From contig JBDVMC010000025.1 of the NCBI GenBank assembly GCA_039970335.1, forward strand, positions 216,629-280,628: a DNA stretch of 64,000 bases, given 5' to 3'. The position numbers were made by a program, and so were the translations under genes. This DNA comes from Henriciella sp. Its GTDB lineage: Bacteria; Pseudomonadota; Alphaproteobacteria; Caulobacterales; Hyphomonadaceae. Positions within the stretch are counted from its first letter, which is position 1. Each line of letters starts with the position of its first letter. Positions 37,899 through 47,851 of this stretch are shown one piece after another. Under the pieces are notes generated by a model that searched no databases, was not told the DNA's origin, and saw only the letters and a list, made by a program, of their open reading frames with translations.

Positions 37899-39761
37899 CT
37901 ATTGGCAGGCAAGACATTCGTCATAGTCGGTATTTGGAACATCCATTCCCGCCATTTCAACCTCTTTTTCTTCCGCGCCAGCAAAACTCGCGCGCTGTAC
38001 TGACTTAGAGCGACAGTAATACAGGGATTTCACACCCTTCTCCCAAGCGGTCCAATGCAGCATGTGCAGGTCCCACTTATCGATGTCAGCCGGCAGGAAG
38101 ACATTCAGAGACTGGGCCTGACAGATATAAGGTGTTCGGTCAGCAGCATGCTCGATGATCCAACGCTGGTCGATCTCGAACGCCGTTTTGAACGTGTCTT
38201 TCTCGTGCTCGTCCAGGCAATCCAAGTGCTGGACAGAGCCTTCATGCTCAAGGATCGAGGTCCAGATCTCGTCTGTGTTCTCGCCTTTTTGATCGAGCAG
38301 CTTCTCGAGGTGCTGGTTCTTAACCGTGAAAGACCCAGACAGGGTCTTGTGCGTATAGACGTTCGCTGGGATCGGCTCGATGCCAGCGCTGGTGCCGCCG
38401 CAGATGATGGAGATAGACGCCGTTGGCGCCACTGCCATCTTGTTGCTGAAGCGCGCCATCATGCCGGCTTCTGCTGCATCCTCACAAGCGCCGCGTTCTT
38501 TCGCGAGCTTCACAGACGCCGCATCGGCGCCTTGGCGAATGTGTTTGAACATTTTCTCGTTCCAAACCTTCGCCATTGCACTTTCCATTGGAAGGTTCAG
38601 CGATTGAAGGAAGGAGTGGTAGCCCATGAGACCGAGGCCAACAGACCGCTCTCGCTTCGCAGAGTAAACCGCACGCGCCATTTCGTTCGGTGCCCGATCA
38701 ATGAAGTCTTGCAACACGTTATCGAGGAAGCGGTAAACGTCTTCCAGGAAAGTCTCGTGCTTGCTCCACTCCATAAACTTCTCAGCATTTACAGAAGACA
38801 GGCAGCAAACAGCGGTACGGTCTTCGCCATTGTGATCGATGCCAGTTGGCAGTGTGATCTCAGAACAAAGGTTTGACTGCGTCACTTTCAGGCCGAGCTG
38901 GCGCTGGTGGGCAGGCATCGCATTGTTCACAGTATCAGTGAACAGCAAGTACGGCTCACCCGTTTGGATACGAAGCTCAAGAATTTTCTGCCAGATCTTA
39001 CGAGCGCTAACCTTGCGCAGCGGCTCACCTGATTTTGGTGACAGCAGATCAAACTCCGCATCATTCTTGACCGCTTCCATGAAAGCGTCGGTGATATTGA
39101 TGCCGTGGTGTAGGTTCAAAGACTTCCGGTTGAAGTCGCCAGATGGTTTCCGTACTTCCAGGAATTCTTCGATTTCCGGGTGGTGGACATCCAGGTAACA
39201 CGCGGCCGATCCGCGGCGCAGTGAACCTTGGCTAATTGCCAGGGTCAGTGAATCCATAACGCGGATGAAGGGGATGATCCCGCTGGTGTGTCCGCTATTG
39301 CCGACTTTCTCACCGATCGAGCGAACATTGCCCCAATAGGTGCCGATGCCGCCGCCATTTGACGCGAGCCAGACATTCTCGGTCCAGGTGCTCACGATAT
39401 CGTCCAGGCTGTCGCCAACCTGGTTCAAGAAACAGGAGATGGGCAAGCCGCGATCCGCGCCGCCATTTGAAAGCACGGGGGTCGACGGCATGAACCAGAG
39501 CTTCGACATATAGTCATAAAGGCGCTGCGCATGATCAGCATCATCGGCAAACGCTTCAGAGACGCGCGCAAACATGTCCTGATAGGACTCGCCTTCCAGC
39601 AGGTAACGATCTTCTAGTGTGACTTTGCCGAACTCGGTCAGCAGCGCATCGCGCGACCGATCAACTTGTACGCTCGGCACGACTCGCAGATCTGGCGCGC
39701 CGGATTGCACGTCCTGGTCTTTGACCGATTTTGCGAGTGTTGCGTTAGTAGTGCCAGCCAT
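37899..39761 (-). CDS. nrdA: ribonucleoside-diphosphate reductase alpha subunit (class I, no N-terminal ATP-cone recognisable)
   Basis: SNLCSEITLP active-site Cys motif, PSTPVLSNGG, C-terminal CLAC redox pair. 620 aa, with an N-terminus lacking the VIKRDG-type ATP-cone. Confidence 0.92.
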   Translation of the reverse strand: MAGTTNATLAKSVKDQDVQSGAPDLRVVPSVQVDRSRDALLTEFGKVTLEDRYLLEGESYQDMFARVSEAFADDADHAQRLYDYMSKLWFMPSTPVLSNGGADRGLPISCFLNQVGDSLDDIVSTWTENVWLASNGGGIGTYWGNVRSIGEKVGNSGHTSGIIPFIRVMDSLTLAISQGSLRRGSAACYLDVHHPEIEEFLEVRKPSGDFNRKSLNLHHGINITDAFMEAVKNDAEFDLLSPKSGEPLRKVSARKIWQKILELRIQTGEPYLLFTDTVNNAMPAHQRQLGLKVTQSNLCSEITLPTGIDHNGEDRTAVCCLSSVNAEKFMEWSKHETFLEDVYRFLDNVLQDFIDRAPNEMARAVYSAKRERSVGLGLMGYHSFLQSLNLPMESAMAKVWNEKMFKHIRQGADAASVKLAKERGACEDAAEAGMMARFSNKMAVAPTASISIICGGTSAGIEPIPANVYTHKTLSGSFTVKNQHLEKLLDQKGENTDEIWTSILEHEGSVQHLDCLDEHEKDTFKTAFEIDQRWIIEHAADRTPYICQAQSLNVFLPADIDKWDLHMLHWTAWEKGVKSLYYCRSKSVQRASFAGAEEKEVEMAGMDVPNTDYDECLACQ

Positions 39762-39812
39762 AGTGTCTTACCCCTTGCATAAGGCCCATCATATATAGGT
39801 ATTAATCAGAAA

Positions 39813-39828
39813 ACCGCCATATACGGTA
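39813..39828. promoter_or_regulatory. weaker NrdR-box-like palindrome upstream of nrdA
   Basis: ACCGCCATATACGGTA; centre is 32 bp from the stronger box at 39845..39860, the spacing typical of tandem NrdR boxes. Confidence 0.4.
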
Positions 39829-39844
39829 TTTCAAATCAGCCCTC

Positions 39845-39860
39845 ACACAACATATTGTGC
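39845..39860. promoter_or_regulatory. NrdR-box-like palindrome upstream of nrdA
   Basis: ACACAACATATTGTGC matches the NrdR consensus acaCwAtATaTwGtgt at about 14/16 positions; about 85-100 nt upstream of the nrdA ATG. Confidence 0.6.
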
Positions 39861-39913
39861 CTGTAAGGTTAATGACTGGTCAACAGGGGTCGTCTCATAA
39901 ACGTCTTTTTGGC

Positions 39914-39922
39914 GGTGGATAA
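39914..39922. promoter_or_regulatory. DnaA-box-like 9-mer in the nrdA upstream region
   Basis: GGTGGATAA is an 8/9 match to TGTGGATAA (reverse complement of TTATCCACA). A single site could occur by chance. Confidence 0.3.
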
Positions 39923-40220
39923 GTGGTTAATGGCAGGTTAATTTTCTACCCCCATGCCCGTCCCAATTAGGGGTTTGACGGCACTGCTTTTTTTGAAAAA
40001 ATTTTTTACTCAAACCCGCTTGAATTTTTTCTCAAATATGGCGTCGGCCAGAGCGCCCAAAAAAACGAACAACTGGCCGTCGAGTGAAACGCCGCCCCCT
40101 ACATCTAGTAGGTGTCCTTCATAAGTCCGCAGGTTGGCCTGTTCCAATTGATCATTCACAAATTTCACGGGCGGTCATAGGGTCTTTGGAGGCCCGCTCA
40201 CGCCGCAAAGGACCCTGATA

Positions 40221-40676
40221 GTGATTCGCTTCTGTCTCAGCTTGCTCATCTTGGGTGCCTGCGCTTCCATTTCGTTAGCTGAGGAAGCCGATTCAAATCG
40301 CCTCGATTGGATAACCGGGTGCTGGCAAAGCGAGGATGGCAAAATACAAGAAGTCTGGTCCGCGTCAGAAGATGGCTACTATTTCGGATACGCCACGACG
40401 AAGAGAGATGGACACATCGTGTTTTTCGAGCAAATGCGGATAGACCCCGCATCGATGCCCGTCTTCAATGCCTATCCAGCCGGTCAGGGTCCATTCGCTT
40501 TTCCGGCGGTCGAGGTCTCGCAGCAATCAATTGTGTTCGCCAATCCCGAACATGATTTCCCGCAAAAGATCAGCTATGCGCGCGACGGCGCGACACTGAC
40601 GGCCGTGATCTCAAAGTCGGATGGTAGCAGCCCGGGCGCCTTCAATTATTTGCCCTGCCCGCTTGATCTGTCTTGA
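40221..40676 (+). CDS. hypothetical exported protein (DUF6265-like)
   Basis: GTG start, signal peptide; WITGCWQSEDG and EHDFPQKISY motifs resemble my recollection of DUF6265. Confidence 0.55.
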   Translation: MIRFCLSLLILGACASISLAEEADSNRLDWITGCWQSEDGKIQEVWSASEDGYYFGYATTKRDGHIVFFEQMRIDPASMPVFNAYPAGQGPFAFPAVEVSQQSIVFANPEHDFPQKISYARDGATLTAVISKSDGSSPGAFNYLPCPLDLS

Positions 40677-40771
40677 GCTTCAACAGTTTCATTTGATCCT
40701 CGACTTTACGCTTTCACCGCTGCTCCTTAGAACTCCTCCATAATCGTCATCGGGGCGACGAGGAGCTTTGC

Positions 40772-41953
40772 ATGCGCATCATGATCGTGACCGACGCGTG
40801 GGAACCGCAAGTCAACGGCGTGGTTCGCACGATGCAGCGTGTGATCGAGGAGCTCGAAGCCGAAGGACACGAGTTCGAAATCGTCCATCCAGGCGACGGC
40901 TTCAAAACAATGCCATTGCCAACCTACCCTGAAATCAAGCTAGCAATGTTCGCCGAACGCCGGATCAAAGAGCGTTTCGAGATCTTCGAGCCGGATGCAG
41001 TCCATATCGTGACCGAAGGCACGCTCGGTATGGCGGGGCGCAAAATGTGCCTCAAAATAAGACACCCATTTTCGACCGCCTATCATACGCGGTTCCCGGA
41101 ATACGTCTCTGCGCGTTTGCCCATACCAACCCGCGCCGGATATAGTTTTGTGCGCTGGTTCCATAAGTATTCCGGCAAGGTCATGGTGCCGACGCCGAGC
41201 ATGGTTGAAGAGTTGGAGGCCAAGCAATTCATCAATCTGGTGGCATGGACGCGCGGCGTCGACACCAAACTCTTCAATCCAGACAGGCGGGTTGAAGCCG
41301 GCGAGCCGAACGATCCGTTTCCAGACCTGCCGCGGCCGATCTTTTTAAATGTTGGCCGTGTCGCGGTTGAAAAGAATATCGAGGCCTTTGTCGAACTCGA
41401 CCTGCCAGGATCGCGGGTTGTTGTTGGCGATGGTCCAGCCCTCGAAAGCCTCAAGCGGAAATACCCGGACGTGCACTTTCTCGGCGCCCGCTTTGGCGAG
41501 GACCTGGCCAACTATTATGCCAGCGCTGATGTGTTTGTGTTCCCAAGTCTCACCGACACGTTCGGCCTTGTCGTCCTGGAAGCCATGTCATCCGGCACGC
41601 CGGTGGCCGCCTATGAAGCCACGGGCCCGAAAGACGTTATCCCAGGCTCGAATGCCGGTACAATCACGCCGATCAAAGGCGATCTGGCAGCGGGCGCAAT
41701 CGCCTGTCTCGATCTCGATCGCGGCGTCTGCCGAACCTATGCTGAGGGGTATAGCTGGCGGTCGGTCGCCCTCGCCTTCCTCGAAAACCTGCAACCGCTG
41801 CCCACACCAGAGCGTCGCCGGTTCTGGCAGAAGCTGAGACGAAAAAAGAAAACATGGATCGATTGGGAACAATTTACCGACTGGATGAACCAGCCAGAAG
41901 GTTCGCCTGAAAACCCAAAGGGCCCGCCGAAAAACGAGGAAGAGTCGAAATGA
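40772..41953 (+). CDS. GT4-type (Pfam Glycos_transf_1) glycosyltransferase
   Basis: MRIMIVTDAWEPQVNGVVRT N-terminus and FPSLTDTFGLVVLEAMSSGTPV (EX7E region); basic/acidic C-terminal tail. Confidence 0.85.
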   Translation: MRIMIVTDAWEPQVNGVVRTMQRVIEELEAEGHEFEIVHPGDGFKTMPLPTYPEIKLAMFAERRIKERFEIFEPDAVHIVTEGTLGMAGRKMCLKIRHPFSTAYHTRFPEYVSARLPIPTRAGYSFVRWFHKYSGKVMVPTPSMVEELEAKQFINLVAWTRGVDTKLFNPDRRVEAGEPNDPFPDLPRPIFLNVGRVAVEKNIEAFVELDLPGSRVVVGDGPALESLKRKYPDVHFLGARFGEDLANYYASADVFVFPSLTDTFGLVVLEAMSSGTPVAAYEATGPKDVIPGSNAGTITPIKGDLAAGAIACLDLDRGVCRTYAEGYSWRSVALAFLENLQPLPTPERRRFWQKLRRKKKTWIDWEQFTDWMNQPEGSPENPKGPPKNEEESK

Positions 41954-42393
41954 ATTGGGAAATGGGATTCACCATCATCAATGCCATGGTGGTACCGGCT
42001 TGGCTGCTTTTAGTCTTCTTGCCGCGCGCAAAGATCACGCGCGCCGCGGTTCACTCTATGCTCTGGCCGATTGTTATGGGAGCGATCTACACCGCCTCCC
42101 TGGTCGGGGCGCTGGCGTTTGGACTGTCTGATCCAGATGCCGGGTTCACGTTTGAAGGCGTACAAGCGCTGTTTGATCACCCGAACGGCGTGCTGACGGG
42201 GTGGTCTCACTATCTGGTCTTCGATCTGTTTGTCGGTTCCTGGATCGCTCGCGATGCACAGCGCCTGTCAATTTCGCATTGGCTAACCGTGCCATGCATT
42301 CTCGGGTCGTTCATTTTTGGTCCCGTTGGCCTGCTCCTGTATGCGCTGCTGCGTCTTGCCCTCGGCAAAGGATTCTCGCTTTACGAGGCATAA
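41950..42393 (+). CDS. DUF4281 (ABA4-like) membrane protein
   Basis: 4 TM segments and a WSHYLVFDLFVGSWI motif; ATGA overlap with the glycosyltransferase gene. Confidence 0.65.
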   Translation: MNWEMGFTIINAMVVPAWLLLVFLPRAKITRAAVHSMLWPIVMGAIYTASLVGALAFGLSDPDAGFTFEGVQALFDHPNGVLTGWSHYLVFDLFVGSWIARDAQRLSISHWLTVPCILGSFIFGPVGLLLYALLRLALGKGFSLYEA

Positions 42394-42538
42394 TCGAAGA
42401 GGGAATCTCCTCAGAGCGTTAGTCCCACTATACTGACAGCGTAATCAGATGAGATGCGCGCTCGCGCCACGCTGGACTGGCGTCAATCTTGCGTCTAAAG
42501 ACCCGACGAAATCAATAGTTTGGCAAAAGAGGTTTATC

Positions 42539-43546
42539 ATGGCTGTTCGCGTCGCAATCAACGGGTTTGGCCGCATCGGCCGCCTCGTCCTACGTTCTAT
42601 CATCGAGCATGACCGCAAAGACATCGAAGTCGTAGCGATCAATGATTTGGGTCCGGTTGAGACCAATGCTCACCTGCTTCAGTATGATACGGTTCACGGC
42701 AAACTGAACGAAGAAGTGTCTGTCGACGGCGACATGATCCGGGTTGGCAATCGCGCTTTCAAATGCACCGCCATCCGCAACCCTGCTGAACTGCCGCATG
42801 GCGATATGGGCGTTGACATCGCGTTCGAATGTACCGGCATCTTCACCGCTAAAGAGACGGCTTCTGCCCACCTCGAAGCTGGCGCAAAGCGCGTTCTGGT
42901 TTCAGCTCCGGCGAATGGCGCTGACAAGACCATCGTTTACGGCGTCAATGATGACACACTGACCGCCGACGATCTGGTCGTTTCCAATGCGTCTTGTACA
43001 ACCAACTGCCTGTCGCCTGTCGCGAAAGTTCTGAATGACACGGTTGGCATTGAACGCGGCTACATGACCACAGTCCACGCCTATACTGGTGACCAGCCGA
43101 CGCTCGACCGGATGCATAAAGACCTGTACCGCGCCCGCGCTGCAGCAAGCTCTATGATCCCAACTTCGACCGGCGCTGCAAAAGCGGTTGGTCTGGTGCT
43201 TCCAGAGCTGGCCGGGAAACTGAACGGTTCTGCGGTCCGCGTCCCGACCCCGAACGTTTCTATGATTGACCTGGTCTTTGATGCCGGCCGCGCGACAAGC
43301 GTTGAAGAAGTAAACGCTGCGATCGAAGCCGCTGCAAACGGCCCAATGAAAGGCGTGCTTGCCTATTCAACCGCGCCGCTGGTTAGCGCTGACTTCAACC
43401 ATGATGCGCACAGCTCAACCTTCTCTGCGGACGGCACCAATGTCACAGACGGGACGCTGGTTCGCGTGCTCAGCTGGTATGACAATGAGTGGGGCTTCGC
43501 CACACGGATGAGCGACACAGCGCTCGCGATGTCGAAATTCCTGTAA
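42539..43546 (+). CDS. gap: type I glyceraldehyde-3-phosphate dehydrogenase
   Basis: [16 protein letters not shown]-terminus and [10 protein letters not shown] active site. Start at the internal ATG 42539 of ORF 42449... Confidence 0.96.
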   Translation: MAVRVAINGFGRIGRLVLRSIIEHDRKDIEVVAINDLGPVETNAHLLQYDTVHGKLNEEVSVDGDMIRVGNRAFKCTAIRNPAELPHGDMGVDIAFECTGIFTAKETASAHLEAGAKRVLVSAPANGADKTIVYGVNDDTLTADDLVVSNASCTTNCLSPVAKVLNDTVGIERGYMTTVHAYTGDQPTLDRMHKDLYRARAAASSMIPTSTGAAKAVGLVLPELAGKLNGSAVRVPTPNVSMIDLVFDAGRATSVEEVNAAIEAAANGPMKGVLAYSTAPLVSADFNHDAHSSTFSADGTNVTDGTLVRVLSWYDNEWGFATRMSDTALAMSKFL

Positions 43547-43558
43547 GGACCTCGGTGG

Positions 43559-44743
43559 ATGGCTGACTTTAAAACGCTCCAGGATCTCGATCTTTCCGGC
43601 AAAGCGGTGCTGACCCGGATCGATATCAACGTGCCGGTCGAAGATGGCCGCGTCACAGATACAACCCGGATCGACAAAGTCGCCCCCACCATCCTGAAAA
43701 TTCTGGAAAAGGGCGGCAAGCCAGTCTTGCTTGCCCATTTCGGACGTCCGAAAGGTCAGCCCAATCCGGACATGTCCTTGCGGATCACCGTTCCGGCTTT
43801 GGAAGCTGCGCTTGGCAAGACCGTAACCTTTGTGGAGCGGCCTGACCGCGCCATGATTGATGCTGCCCCTGCCGATGCGGTCATCCTGGTTGAGAACACA
43901 CGGTTCACCGCGATGGAAGAAGCCAATGACCCACAAATGGCAGGGTTCCTAGCATCCCTGGGTGACGTGTTTTGCAATGACGCTTTTTCAGCGGCACATC
44001 GCGCCCATGCCTCAACAGAAGGTGTCGCGCGCTTATTGCCGTCTTGTGCGGGCCTGCTCATGGAAGCGGAGCTGATCGCGCTAGAACGCGCGCTGGGTAG
44101 CCCTCAAAAACCTGTTCTTGCCGTCGTCGGCGGCGCCAAGGTCAGTTCGAAGATCGACCTGCTAAAGAACCTGGTTTCCAAAGTCGACGCTCTGGCAATC
44201 GGCGGCGGCATGGCCAATACGTTCCTCGCCGCGCGCGGATATAGTGTCGGCAAATCGCTCTGTGAGCATGACCTGACCGATACCGCGAAACAAATCGAAG
44301 CCAACGCCAAGGCCGCGGGCTGCGATATCCTTCTGCCGATGGACGTGGTCGTGGCGAAAGACTTCGCCGCCAATGCCACGCACCGCACATGCGGTTTGGA
44401 TGAAGTGGCCGACAATGAGATGATCCTGGATGCCGGCCCACAAACGGTCGCCATCCTGGCCTCTGCGCTGGACATCGCTAAGACGCTGGTTTGGAACGGC
44501 CCGCTCGGCGCGTTTGAGTTGACCCCGTTTGATACAGCGACTGTACAAGCTGCTCAGGCGGCGGGCACACGCTGCAAGGCTGGCGCACTGACTGCCGTTG
44601 CCGGTGGCGGTGACACTGTAGCGGCGTTAAACCATGCCGAAGTGGCTCAAGATTTTACACATATCTCCACCGCAGGTGGCGCGTTTCTTGAATGGATGGA
44701 GGGTAAGCCTCTACCCGGTGTCGAGGCGCTCAAAGGCCGTTAA
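43559..44743 (+). CDS. pgk: phosphoglycerate kinase
   Basis: [38 protein letters not shown] motifs. Confidence 0.96.
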   Translation: MADFKTLQDLDLSGKAVLTRIDINVPVEDGRVTDTTRIDKVAPTILKILEKGGKPVLLAHFGRPKGQPNPDMSLRITVPALEAALGKTVTFVERPDRAMIDAAPADAVILVENTRFTAMEEANDPQMAGFLASLGDVFCNDAFSAAHRAHASTEGVARLLPSCAGLLMEAELIALERALGSPQKPVLAVVGGAKVSSKIDLLKNLVSKVDALAIGGGMANTFLAARGYSVGKSLCEHDLTDTAKQIEANAKAAGCDILLPMDVVVAKDFAANATHRTCGLDEVADNEMILDAGPQTVAILASALDIAKTLVWNGPLGAFELTPFDTATVQAAQAAGTRCKAGALTAVAGGGDTVAALNHAEVAQDFTHISTAGGAFLEWMEGKPLPGVEALKGR

Positions 44744-44896
44744 ATGACTTTCACGCTTCTCTTCCGCTGGCTGTTTAATCCCGCGGAAGCCGAAGCCACC
44801 CAAAAGACAGCGGTGTCAGTTTTAAATTCAACACTCAATTCGGGCTGGATGCAAAGACGCGTTCAGCCCTTTTTCTATCTCGAGAGGGACCTTTAG

Positions 44897-45790
44897 ATGG
44901 CAAACCAACAAATGACACAGCAGGCTGCTGAGAAAGCCGGCTTTGTGGCCGCTTTGGATCAGTCGGGCGGATCGACCCCTAAAGCGCTGAAACTTTACGG
45001 CGTCGAAGACGATGCCTGGTCAAGCGATGAAGAAATGTTCGGCCTGATCCACGACATGCGCGCGCGCATCGTCAAGTCGCCAGCTTTTAGCGGTGACAAA
45101 GTTATGGGCGCGATCTTGTTCGAACGCACCATGGATGGCGAGATTGACGGGATGCCGACCGCCAAGTTTCTTTGGGAAAAGCGCCAGGTTGTGCCTTTCC
45201 TGAAAGTCGACAAAGGGCTCGCGCCGGAAGCTAATGGCGTTCAGCTGATGAACCCAATGCCGGAACTTGATGCTTTGCTGACGCGCGCCGTTGCGAACGG
45301 TATTTTCGGCACCAAGATGCGCTCGGTCATTCACGCAGCGAATGCTGAAGGCATCGCCGCCAACGTGGCTCAGCAATTTGCCGTTGGCCGTCAGATTATC
45401 GGCCATGGCCTGATGCCGATCATCGAACCTGAAATCACCATCACGATCTCTGACAAGGCGGAAGCCGAAGATATCCTGCTCGCGGAGATAACCAAACAGT
45501 TGGATGCGCTACCGACTGACGAGCAAGTGATGCTGAAACTGTCGCTGCCTGAAAAAGGCAATCAGTACAAAACTCTGGTTGAGCATCCACGCGTGATGCG
45601 CGTCGTAGCGCTGTCTGGCGGATATGACCGTGATGAAGCCAACCGTCGTCTTTGTGAAAATTCCGGCGTGATTGCGAGTTTCTCGCGCGCGCTGACCCAA
45701 GGTCTCTCTGCGAAACAGAGCGATGGCGATTTCGATACAGTTCTGGCCGGTACGATTGACAGCATCTATGATGCGTCGTGCTCGGGCTAA
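44897..45790 (+). CDS. fba: class I fructose-bisphosphate aldolase
   Basis: [17 protein letters not shown] and [10 protein letters not shown] (Schiff-base Lys region); 297 aa. Confidence 0.88.
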   Translation: MANQQMTQQAAEKAGFVAALDQSGGSTPKALKLYGVEDDAWSSDEEMFGLIHDMRARIVKSPAFSGDKVMGAILFERTMDGEIDGMPTAKFLWEKRQVVPFLKVDKGLAPEANGVQLMNPMPELDALLTRAVANGIFGTKMRSVIHAANAEGIAANVAQQFAVGRQIIGHGLMPIIEPEITITISDKAEAEDILLAEITKQLDALPTDEQVMLKLSLPEKGNQYKTLVEHPRVMRVVALSGGYDRDEANRRLCENSGVIASFSRALTQGLSAKQSDGDFDTVLAGTIDSIYDASCSG

Positions 45791-45811
45791 GCTGCGATCC
45801 ATCTAAATTTC

Positions 45812-45841
45812 AAAAAGGCGGCCTAGAATGGCCGCCTTTTT
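45812..45841 (+). terminator. rho-independent terminator after fba
   Basis: aaaaaggcggcc tagaat ggccgccttttt: perfect 7-bp GC stem flanked by A- and T-tracts. Confidence 0.85.
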
Positions 45842-45911
45842 CATATCTGGCGCGCCTGTCGCATTCATGGCATTGCACCCTCATGGTTTTACACGCGCAC
45901 CCTGGTGGCAA

Positions 45912-46142
45912 ATGTCGATGATTTGGCGATTGATCCATACAGGCCTGCTCTCGGGCGGGATGAGCGCGCTCGTCGCTCTGATCGTGACAATCGTGAATAC
46001 AGGCACTGAGGATGGTCTTGCGATGCGCTGGCTTATTGGCTGGAGCCTTGCCTATCCGGTGGCGTGGTTCGCAGCCCTGATCTGGGGGCCTAGCGCGCGT
46101 ATGCTGACCAATTGGTTGACTGGAACAGATCGAAATTCTTGA
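45912..46142 (+). CDS. DUF2798-like small membrane protein
   Basis: Two TM segments (LLSGGMSALVALIVTIVNTG; LAYPVAWFAALIWGP). Start moved to ATG 45912 because the 45828 ATG lies inside the fba terminator stem. Confidence 0.5.
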   Translation: MSMIWRLIHTGLLSGGMSALVALIVTIVNTGTEDGLAMRWLIGWSLAYPVAWFAALIWGPSARMLTNWLTGTDRNS

Positions 46143-46176
46143 CGAGACGGCATGATATCGCGCAAACCCAGCCATC

Positions 46177-46848
46177 ATGTCTGAACCGCAACGCGAACGC
46201 CCGCGCCTTTATCTGATCACCCCGCCTCAAATCGAGGATGTTGCTGCCTTTGTGGACCAGCTCCGCGCAGCTATCCAGGGCGGCGATATTGCCAGCCTGC
46301 AGATCCGGCTCAAGCAAGGCGACGAAATCGACACCGCCGCTACACGCGCAGTAACGCAGGCGGTGAAACGAATCTGCCAAGCCGAGCACATCGCCCTGAT
46401 CGTCAATGATAGTCCCCAACTCGCCCGCGCACTTGAAGTCGACGGTGTACATCTTGGACTTGATGACATGGATATCACCGAAGCGCGCGAAATTGTTGGT
46501 CAGGATATGATTATCGGGGCGACCTGCAAAGACTCGCGACACCAAGCCATGATCGCGGGCGAGGCCGGCGCCGACTATGTCGCTTTCGGAGCGTTCCACC
46601 CAACTGAAACCAAGCAAAGCACTGTGCGGGCTGAGCCAGACGTACTGACTTGGTGTCAGATGTTCCTGACCCTGCCCTGCGCCGCGATTGGCGGGATTAC
46701 CGTCGACAATGCCGCGCCCCTTATTTCAGCAGGCGCGGACTTTTTGGCGGTTTCAAGCGGCGTATGGAACCATAATGATGGCCCCGCCGCCGCGGTTGCG
46801 ATGTTTAATCGAGTGATTGACGAGGCCATGGCCACGTCGAAGATCTAG
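46177..46848 (+). CDS. thiE: thiamine-phosphate synthase
   Basis: LYLITPP..., LQIRLK, VNDSPQLA...DGVHLGLDD, GATC, YVAFGAFHPT, IGGIT pattern. Confidence 0.88.
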   Translation: MSEPQRERPRLYLITPPQIEDVAAFVDQLRAAIQGGDIASLQIRLKQGDEIDTAATRAVTQAVKRICQAEHIALIVNDSPQLARALEVDGVHLGLDDMDITEAREIVGQDMIIGATCKDSRHQAMIAGEAGADYVAFGAFHPTETKQSTVRAEPDVLTWCQMFLTLPCAAIGGITVDNAAPLISAGADFLAVSSGVWNHNDGPAAAVAMFNRVIDEAMATSKI

Positions 46849-47150
46849 TCGGCTTTTGGCGGCGCAGCGCGGCCTGTGACTTGATCATGCAGCGACTTAT
46901 CCATTCGGAAATGTGCAAGCACCAACTCTGCCACAACACGAAGCACCAGGATCGCAATGATCGCACCAATCGGTGTTTTGATCATGCCCCACAAGGCCGT
47001 GTCCCAATCATTGTCGAGATAGGTCATCCAGAACCAAAACCGGCGAACGGCATGCCAGAGAATTCCAGCAATGCCCAAATAGTATAGAATGCGCGTGAGT
47101 GTTGCGCCCATCGATTTTTCGAAACTCACAAAACCAGAAATCATGCCCAT
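46845..47150 (-). CDS. DUF4282-like small membrane protein
   Basis: 101 aa, two TM segments, LTRILYYLGI...; convergent 4-nt overlap with thiE. Confidence 0.55.
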   Translation of the reverse strand: MGMISGFVSFEKSMGATLTRILYYLGIAGILWHAVRRFWFWMTYLDNDWDTALWGMIKTPIGAIIAILVLRVVAELVLAHFRMDKSLHDQVTGRAAPPKAD

Positions 47151-47271
47151 GATTACCCCTCCTTGTTACGCTAATGCATTCATTCAATCGCAAGCGGGCC
47201 AGTCTGTCCACAAAACTTGACCAAACCTCCCGTCACGGCTACGCCGCGCGCTCTACTGATGAGGACTGCAC

Positions 47272-47838
47272 ATGGCCAAAATCAACGGCAACGAAATCAA
47301 GCCCAACATGGTTATCGAGTATAATGGTAGCGTTTGGCGCGCGATGAAATGCAACCATGTGAAGCCCGGCAAAGGCGGCGCCTTCAACCAAGTTGAAATG
47401 CGCAACCTGTTCAACGGCTCCAAGGCCAATGAACGCTTCCGCGCCAATGAAACGATTGAGCGGGTCCGCCTGGAGCAGAAAAAGTTTCAATTCCTGTATG
47501 ATGCTGGCGAAGCCTATGCCTTCATGGACCAGGAAACGTTCGAACAGATCGAACTTCAAAAAGACTTTGTCGGCGAGGATGGTGACTTCCTGCAAGACGG
47601 CATGATCGTCGAGATTGAGTTCCACATTGATACGCCGATCGGTGTCGCTCTGCCGCAGCAAGTCACGCTGACGGTTGAAGAGACAGAGCCTGTCGTCAAA
47701 GGCCAAACTGCTGCGAACAGCTTTAAGCCCGCGACGTGCGACAATGGTGTTCGTGTAACTGTGCCGCCCTTTATTGGGGTCGGTGAGCGCATCATTGTTC
47801 AAACTGAAGACCGCACATACCTGCGACGCGCAGACTAA
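47272..47838 (+). CDS. efp: elongation factor P
   Basis: [20 protein letters not shown]......[10 protein letters not shown] motif. Confidence 0.96.
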   Translation: MAKINGNEIKPNMVIEYNGSVWRAMKCNHVKPGKGGAFNQVEMRNLFNGSKANERFRANETIERVRLEQKKFQFLYDAGEAYAFMDQETFEQIELQKDFVGEDGDFLQDGMIVEIEFHIDTPIGVALPQQVTLTVEETEPVVKGQTAANSFKPATCDNGVRVTVPPFIGVGERIIVQTEDRTYLRRAD

Positions 47839-47851
47839 GGCAGTATAAACC

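Noticed and set aside
39900-40040. AT-rich tract plus a DnaA-like box, considered as a replication origin
   Set aside because: There is only one imperfect DnaA box, no box array, and no typical origin-flanking genes. It is better explained as nrdA promoter architecture.
44745-44828. 27-codon ORF overlapping the pgk stop (MTFTLLFRWLFNPAEAEATQKTAVSVL)
   Set aside because: It has no SD, is very short, and lies in the pgk 3' region just upstream of a terminator-like hairpin.
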